NCBI GenBank assembly: GCA_964016885.1
Contig: OZ024743.1
Location: 191,208,001-191,272,000 of the forward strand
Reading direction: 5' to 3'
DNA from: Eledone cirrhosa
Taxonomy: Eukaryota
Length of the DNA: 64,000 nucleotides
In this document: positions 56,101-64,000 of the stretch, one piece after another
How positions within the stretch are numbered: the stretch's first letter is position 1
How the letters are laid out: each line of letters starts with the position of its first letter
Position numbers and translations under genes: made by a program
The notes under the pieces: model-generated
Databases searched by the model: none
Told to the model about the DNA's origin: nothing
The model's input: only the letters and a program-made list of their open reading frames with translations

Positions 56101-58619
56101 TTATAAATGTTTGTTTAACAGTATTTCTGTTATTAGGGATCGTGGGTTGATTGAATTTCCCCTCCACCTAAAATTACTGACTAGTCTTGCATTTAAAGTA
56201 AACATCATTATTTCTGTTATTCCCCATATTTTGTAACTCTTATCATAATGTTTGATATACAATATTTCCACGATTTCACCATTTTCCTCCATAAGTTTTC
56301 GTCATTTGTATTTCCAACTTTACTTTCCTATCATTCATTCTTTGTTGATTTTTTTAAAGAATATTTTTTTCCCTTTTCCTTCTCGTTGTTTACTTTCGTT
56401 ATACGTTTTTCTTTGAAAGTAACTTTGTCTCCTGACACACGTTCTGCTCAAATGTAAATCTATAACACTCGCATGCATAAAAAACAACATCTATAAATAT
56501 CTGTCTCTTACAAGCAATAAAAGAACCATTAAGTGTCGCATTCGATGTTGCATTTTATCATACATGCACTTTCGTTGACCTTTCAGGTTTTGCAGTATAG
56601 GTTTTGAAATGTCTCAATGAAGTGAACAGTTACGAATGACCAGGAGCATTAGTGGAGAATAAATGACTTTTACAGCATTCTAGCTAAGTGCTGTAATGTA
56701 ACAGAAATCAACTACTTGAAACACTTTCATTACAAAGAAGATTAATCATTTTTTGTTTGTTTTCGAATGACAGGTCTTACCTTTCCAACCTACGCAAGTA
56801 TGTCTAATGTTGATCGCGAGTCAAGATAAACGTAATATTCACACAGTCAAAACTTTAGCTTTTATATGTTGTTGAGATTGTTGAGATTGGTGATATTAGA
56901 AAATAAATAAATCTTCTTTCGTTGAAAAAAGTCTAATTCAATAAATTCATACTTTATTTTTAAGGATTAATGTGATAGTAATTGAATGTACAGTTTGTGT
57001 GCCTAGGTCAAATGTCTCCTACAGTAAATTTGTTTTTAACCAACAAGGGAAATAGATATGTAACTAAGGATATTTCCAGCCATACAGCTAAACGTAAATT
57101 TGTCTGGAAATAAATCAGAGTCGTGTTTAACTGGATTCCTGATGTGTGAATAGCAGTTGCCATACTCAAACAAAAACAAAACTTCAGTTTAATTATCTAA
57201 TCCAACGAGAATAGTAATTTCCATTATCCAATGTGTAAAACAATTTCCCTCCATCTATTAACTTGTAGCAGACAGTGCATTTGTATTTTAGAAATATGAA
57301 TAACATCCACATATCATAAATATTACATGTTTAAAACATATAAATATATATTAGATGTTAGTGAGGAAATAAAACGTACACACAATATAGAATAAACACG
57401 ATGTTGCTTTTACTATATTTAAAATAGTCAGCACATATTCTAAAATATTAAGTTCAAGTTATTTCTTTTAACATAAATTGTTGACCTTTCCATTTTTTAA
57501 TGATTTAGATTTCATTTTCGTCAGTTGGGGAATATTATTTTTGAGAAAAGTACGAAAACACGTTACTACAGGAGGACCGGGATCCAGGATCACAAACTGT
57601 ACCATAGCTAAGCCTACTAAATTGTTGTTGCCTTATGTTAAATCAAAATACAGGACCAACATATCGGATTACAACAACGCCAGATTTTCTTACAGCAAAA
57701 TATTTTTCACAACCACAAATATAGTAACGTATAACCTATAAGAATGCATTTTATCTTTACATATGAATATAATGTAAGAATGAAGAAATCGTTTCATACC
57801 ATCAGTAGTCTCCCAATAATGACCTTAACAGAATTAAAGTAGACAACAACAAACAAAACGTTCCGTTGCAAAATATGATAAATTGCCAATGAAATAACCT
57901 TAATTCAATAGTTCTAATTCTTGCCACATTTTTTCACAGAAATATTCTAAGTGAGGTTTCCACGGATTGCGAGCATGTTAAAATATTATTCGGATAACCT
58001 TGAAAATCCTAAGTGGAAATTGGTTTCCTCGATTGCATCAGCTTTTTTCTCTTTTCTGACTTCAACTAAAGGTTCCTGTCTTAATTAATATTATTGACAT
58101 CGACCTACAGAAATCTAATTGTAAAAATAAGAACATATTGTTTCACATAATGGTTTTTACATCCCATGTTTATTAAGGATGAATAGTGAGTCTAGTTACT
58201 CAGGAGTTTCGTGTGTTTATCAGAAGGTCTTCGGACAAGAGCTAATACTTCAATAGCAGATGCAATATAAATAAATGAAGAATCAGGGTGCAGTACACCG
58301 GATAACCCATTGTCACATCAATTGCCCACCTAATAACGAGGTGTACCGGATTGTGTAAATGCCGGAAGACACACCACACACCCCAACCCATCAGGACTCT
58401 ATATCTCGGCAACCAATGCCACCTCATAAGCCTCACTGACTGCGGGTAACCCAGGATCATAACAGTGTGTTTCATATATTTCACTACTCATATGTGTTTC
58501 ATCTCATATATCATACATTATATTCCATAATCCTATATTCCATGACCTCCATTATCTTTATGTTCTTCTAATCTTTATAATTTATTTTTGATTTTACTTC
58601 GTATTATGCTTATATTATT

Positions 58620-58815
58620 ATTGGTGGGTTGGCAGTATCGGTAGAGGGTTGGGTGCAATGCTTTGCACATAGAGTTACGCCCCTTTATGGTCTGAGTTCA
58701 AATCCAGCCAAAGTTAATTTGCCTTTAATCCTTAAGGGGTCGATAAAATAAAGCACCAGTAATGCAATGGGGTAATTGCTGGCCTTGTGCCAAAAGTAGA
58801 AATAATTATTATCAT
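58620..58815 (+). mobile_element. SINE copy (main family)
   Basis: ggtgggttggcagtatcggtagag...gagttcaaat...ccttgtgccaaaagtagaaat. Confidence 0.8.
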
Positions 58816-59389
58816 TATAAGTTTTTTACTTTTTTCCATTTTATCATTTTCTACTTTTCCATTTTTCATTTTTTTCTGGGTTTATTTTTCACTAATTTTT
58901 CTTACTTCCTTTCTTCTTTATTTTTCATGACTTATAAATGTTATTTGCCTGACACTCACCACACCACCACTTAGTCACCTACCCAACATTGCCTCTGTTT
59001 ACTTATATATGTATGTCCTTAACCAATAGATCATTTTGTATAATCTAATGGGAGTGATTACATATTTAGTTCTGGTTAATATTTGTTAATGAACAGTTGT
59101 TATTGATTTATTATCTGTTGTAGTATGAAAGACTCTGAGCACTTATAAAGGAGAACATTTTAAAACTTGGATAGTATCATTCAATCTGCAACAGTCTGCA
59201 ATGTGGCTACTGAAGGGGTGTTTTTCTTGTGTTTTCGACTCGGATTTGTTGGTGATTGATGGTTATTCTTTTGCGTAATGACACACCCGTCTGACCTATT
59301 TATTTATGTCAAGACACACCGCGTGTGATTACGTAGAACACATTCTATGAGTTGCAGATAAAGTTATCTTTCACTGTAAATGATTCGCC

Positions 59390-59425
<36 letters not shown>

Positions 59426-59429
<4 letters not shown>

Positions 59430-59612
59430 CAATTATGACCCCGACGGCAGTACTCAAGCCGTTTGGACTAAATTTAGTCCAGTAGTAGCCCTCGAAACGA
59501 CTTGAGCTCAACTGCGGGGCTCATATATTTTCCTATTACCCACTCTACTACCCTAAGTATTGAGTACTTTGGTGCATTATGGTCCATCTGGTTCCTTACC
59601 ACAACTCCTTCG
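59426..59612 (+). mobile_element. Degenerate minimal fold-back, family B
   Basis: Imperfect hairpin plus the same tail as 36433-36510. Confidence 0.7.
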
Positions 59613-59626
59613 TATATATATACATA

Positions 59627-59700
<74 letters not shown>

Positions 59701-61275
59701 CAAGTTAAATAAAAGTGAAATGATTAAAATTTAGCTTCGTTTATTACTGCTATATATATTTCAGTGACAGCCATCTTTGGCTGTGACCTCTTCAGGCAGT
59801 TTGAATTAGTATGGTATAGACAAGTACATATGTTGTTTAGGTGTATAATATTGTTAATACTCTGATATGCCCAGTTCCTTGTTGGGTTGTTAATTCACTG
59901 AGGAACTGGAGTCATATGAATTCAAACAAACGAATTTCAGTGTCAAAGGTCCTCTTCTCCTCTCATTGGTCAGTTATTAGAACATTCCTCATTCTAAGTG
60001 TTGTTATTGTTGGAGTTAGCTTAAAAATTGATAAAATGGTAGAAGGGACAAGGTGTTAAAGGAACAAAATAACAAAAAAGTGTCAAACTTCCCATTGGTC
60101 AGTTCTGAGAGCATTCCTCAGTCAGAAGTCTATAGAATTCTTTCTGGGGTGAGGCTCCCTGTAGTGTTTTTGCCTGCTATTGTTCAGTACATTTGACCTC
60201 TACCACTATTTTGGTAGTGTTGTTGGTGTAGTGGTCAACTTATATCTTGCTGCTGCTAACAATTTAGAAGTATCCAGTTTGTGTTTTTCTTCATCCCTCC
60301 TGCCACCATCGTAGTGGTGGTGGTGGTGCGGGGTTTCTTCCATGTATATGAAGAAATATAAGGCAATGAATGAAGAAAACAGAAAATAAATAAATAATAT
60401 AATAAAATAATTAATATAATTTGTATAATTTGAAAATAAATAAATAAATAGAGAATAAAGAATAAAGAATAAATGAAAAATTGGTGAAAAAGTAATGAAA
60501 ATGAATATGGAGAAGTGAGAAGTAATGTAGGATAAAGTGTGTGTGTGTGCTATAACCAATCTCAAGGTCAGAATATGTTGGATAGATTGGTATGAGACAA
60601 GATGTTAAGATGAAATATTCAAACTAGATGTGTTTGTGTTATAATCAATCTCAACTTAAAAATAAATATAAGGTGATACAGTGAAGAGGGCAGATTACAA
60701 ATAACAAATTAATAAAGAGAAATCAAGATTTAAGATTGGAACTTGAAAATCAGAAATCTAGTAAATTAAAGGTGTTTGTGTTATAGATGTTGGCCAAATT
60801 ATTATGGCTGTGTCCGATTCTATCTCTAGGCTATCATGGTGTTTGCTCCGCCTGGGTTGTTCCCTATGGCTTGAGGGGAGTTCACAACCTAGGGTGTTGT
60901 TATTGCCCATATAGCTTGAGGGAGGTCTGGCCGAGAGGTGTTTTCATGTTCTGTAGAAGTCCCTATAGCTTGAGGGGAGTTCACATCTTCTTGTGTTGCT
61001 ACCGTCCATATATCTTGAGAAAGGTCCCGGCTCTAAGGTGTCTGCATGTCCCGAAGAAGTTGGTTCTGAGGTTTATCAGGCCGCCTCCACCTCTTAGTAT
61101 CTCGAGGATCTCGTTCAGGCATAGTTTGCATATGCAAGATCCCCCTTTATCGGGTGGTACTTTCCTGATTATGTACCAGGCCAGAGAGTATGGAATCCTG
61201 TCCATCTTAAGCTTCCAGATCAGGTCGGAGAGAGCTGTGCTTTTCCTTTTGGCCTCCTTCTTGAATGAATGGCGA

Positions 61276-62100
61276 CGGGCCGCGAAGATAACAAAAAGTA
61301 TAGAGCCCAAAGGGGAAGCAACAGTGCGGAAACCACCAGCAACCCAACAAATCTCCCGACCCACACATATAGGAGGAAACACCGACAAATCACGTGGTAC
61401 AACCCACCCTACTCAGCAGCCCTAAAGAAAATCTTGGCCCGATTATTCTTTGGAGCACTTGACAAATGCTTCCGGAGGGTCCACAGATACCACAGGATCT
61501 TAAAGAGACACACTGTGAAGCTTTCGTATTCCACCACGAGAAATTTGGCCCAACACCTAGCTAGCATCAACAGAAGTAGGCTTAAAAACCACACACAACC
61601 AGAAGATGGCAATACAAACACTCAGCAGAACCATGTGAAAGAAGGGAACCCTAATCTAGGCACGCAGAGGCCGACCACCCTCTGCAACTGCAGAAACCCC
61701 GAATCATGCCCCCTTGGTAATGAATGCCTCAAGAAGAACCTAGTGTACGGTTGTAGGGTTAAAAACCCCAACTCCGAACACCTCTACATAGGAGCCACAT
61801 CAACGAGCTTTAAGGACCGCTGGTACAACCATCGCCATTCATTCAAGAAGGAGGCCAAAAGGAAAAGCACAGCTCTCTCCGACCTGATCTTAAGCTGGAC
61901 AGGTTTCCATACTCTCTGGCCTGGTACATAATCAGGAAAGTACCACCCGATAAAGGGGGATCTTGCATATGCAAACTATGCCTGAACGAGATCCTCGAGA
62001 TACTAAGAGGTGGAAGCGGCCTGATAAACCTCAGAACCAACTTCTTCGGGACATGCAGTCACCTTAGAGCCGGGACCTTTCTCAAGATATATGGACAGTA
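61276..62100 (+). pseudogene. PLE linker plus GIY-YIG endonuclease remnant
   Basis: WYNPPYS, VKLSYSTT, CNCRNPESCPLGNEC, LVY..YIG; C-terminus CKLC..GTCRH intact on the inverted arm (60999-61275). Confidence 0.85.
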
Positions 62101-63290
62101 GCAACACAAGATGATGTGAACTCCCCTCAAGCTATAGGGACTTCTACAGAACATGAAAACACCTCTCGGCCAGACCTCCCTCAAGCTATATGGGCAATAA
62201 CAACACCCTAGGTTGTGAACTCCCCTCAAGCCATAGGGAACAACCCAGGCGGAGCAAACACCATGATAGCCTAGAGATAGAATCGGACAGAAGCCATAAT
62301 AATTTGGCCAACATCTATAACACAAACACCTTTAATTTACTAGATTTCTGATTTTCAAGTTCCAATCTTAAATCTTGATTTCTCTTTATTAATTTGTTAT
62401 TTGTAATCTGCCCTCTTCACCTTATATTTATTTTTAAGTTGAGATTGATTATAACACAAACACATCTAGTTTGAATATTTCATCTTAACATCTTGTCTCA
62501 TACCAATCTATCCAACATATTCTGACCTTGAGATTGGTTATAGCACACACACACACTTTATCCTACATTACTTCTCACTTCTCCATATTCATTTTCATTA
62601 CTTTTTCACCAATTTTTCATTTATTCTTTATTCTTTATTCTCTATTTATTTATTTATTTTCAAATTATACAAATTATATTAATTATTTTATTATATTATT
62701 TATTTATTTTCTGTTTTCTTCATTCATTGCCTTATATTTCTTCATATACATGGAACCCACCACCACCACCACCACTACGATGGTGGCAGGAGGGATGAAG
62801 AAAAAACACAAACTGGATACTTCTAAATTGTTAGCAGCAGCAAGATATAAGTTGACCACTACACCAACAACACTACCAAAATAGTGGTAGAGGTCAAATG
62901 TACTGAACAATAGCAGGCAAAAATACTACAGGGAGCCTCACCCCAGAAAGAATTCTATAGACTTCTGACTGAGGAATGCTCTCAGAACTGACCAATGGGA
63001 AGTTTGACACTTTTTTTGTTATTTTGTTCCTTTAACACCTTGTCCCTTCTACCATTTTATCAATTTTTAAGCTAACTCCAACAATAACAACACTTAGAAT
63101 GAGGAATGTTCTAATAACTGACCAATGAGAGGAGAAGAGGACCTTTGACACTGAAATTCGTTTGTTTGAATTCATATGACTCCAGTTCCTCAGTGAATTA
63201 ACAACCCAACAAAGAACTCGGCATATCAGAGTATTAACAATATTATACACCTAAACAACATATGTACTTGTCTATACCATACTAATTCAA

Positions 63291-63345
63291 ACTGCCTGAA
63301 GAGGTCACAGTCAAAGATGGCTGTCACTGAAATATATATAGCAGT
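63291..63345 (+). ncRNA. Type I HHR, family E; inverse copy at 59746-59800
   Basis: actgc-CTGAAGA-ggtcacag-tcaaagatgg-ctgtcact-GAAA-tatata-TA-gcagt. Confidence 0.7.
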
Positions 63346-63490
63346 AATAAACGAAGCTAAATTTTAATCATTTTACTTTTATTTAACTTGATTTGCACTA
63401 CTCCGGAGTAACCAAACCAACCTGCGCACTTCGTCGAGTGCTCCAGCCTGCATACTGAGGTGTTGGTATACAACCAACATAAACTCAAAA

Positions 63491-63550
<60 letters not shown>

Positions 63551-64000
63551 TTATCCTGTGCTAGGGGGTGACCTTATATTAATTGATATAGAAAACGTGT
63601 ACCGAAACTATTTTTCCCAATATGATTGCAACATTACCATAGTTATGTGAAGACGATGTTTTAAACATTGTCTTTCAGTAATTACAAAGGATGATCGCAA
63701 GACATCCTTTTCTTATCGCTTTATCCGCCGGAAATATACAGGCACAGAAACACAAAAACACGCTTTCGTATACATATATGTATGCATGTACCTAATGTGT
63801 TATCGATTTTACTGATAACACAAACATTTTTTTTTTTTACTCACTTCATTTTCTGTCTAAAAAAGGAGAAATATTATCTCATGAACCCAAATCATATGTC
63901 TAAAAAATACCGAAAAAAAATGAGCTATGTATTGTGAAATTAACAACTAACCATATACGACTTATATTTGAAATATATCAACTCTTTCATAATGGAAAAT

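Larger units (their letters stand above)
59698..63490 (+). mobile_element. PLE family E with ~1.57-kb inverted arms (59698-61275 and 61832-63394) and tail to 63490
   Basis: Arms are reverse complements (ORF pairs 59841-60059/63032-63250 and 60206-60565/62528-62884 mirror each other); flanked by (TA)n. Confidence 0.88.

Noticed and set aside
57780-58110. Possible host exon on the minus strand
   Set aside because: Short open stretch without convincing splice sites or recognisable homology
60840-61020. Short spaced repeats (tatagcttgagggga) superficially CRISPR-like
   Set aside because: Degenerate tandem repeats in a PLE 3' UTR of a eukaryote; no cas genes and spacers are related to each other

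Overview
AT-rich, microsatellite-dense eukaryotic (animal) DNA; the SINE types and repeat landscape suggest an octopus-like cephalopod, which is inference. No host protein-coding exon could be supported. The window holds four main repeat classes. (1) 3.9-20.4 kb: a head-to-tail array of Tx1/L1-clade non-LTR retrotransposons, each junction being an (AAT)n tract, with two different ORF1/5'UTR modules on a near-identical ORF2. (2) Decayed RTE-clade LINE pieces and many tRNA-derived SINEs. (3) 24-63.5 kb: numerous Penelope-like element (PLE) insertions in (TA)n tracts, some with RT/GIY-YIG coding remnants, most folded back as long inverted repeats. (4) Read by eye, about ten sequence-distinct families of type I hammerhead ribozyme (HHR) motifs lie in these inserts, with recurring non-canonical cores (U3-A8, A4, U10.1-U11.1) and a shared TATTGAG(C/T)ACTTT motif near element ends. 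All folds and alignments were done by eye; boundaries of degenerate elements are approximate.
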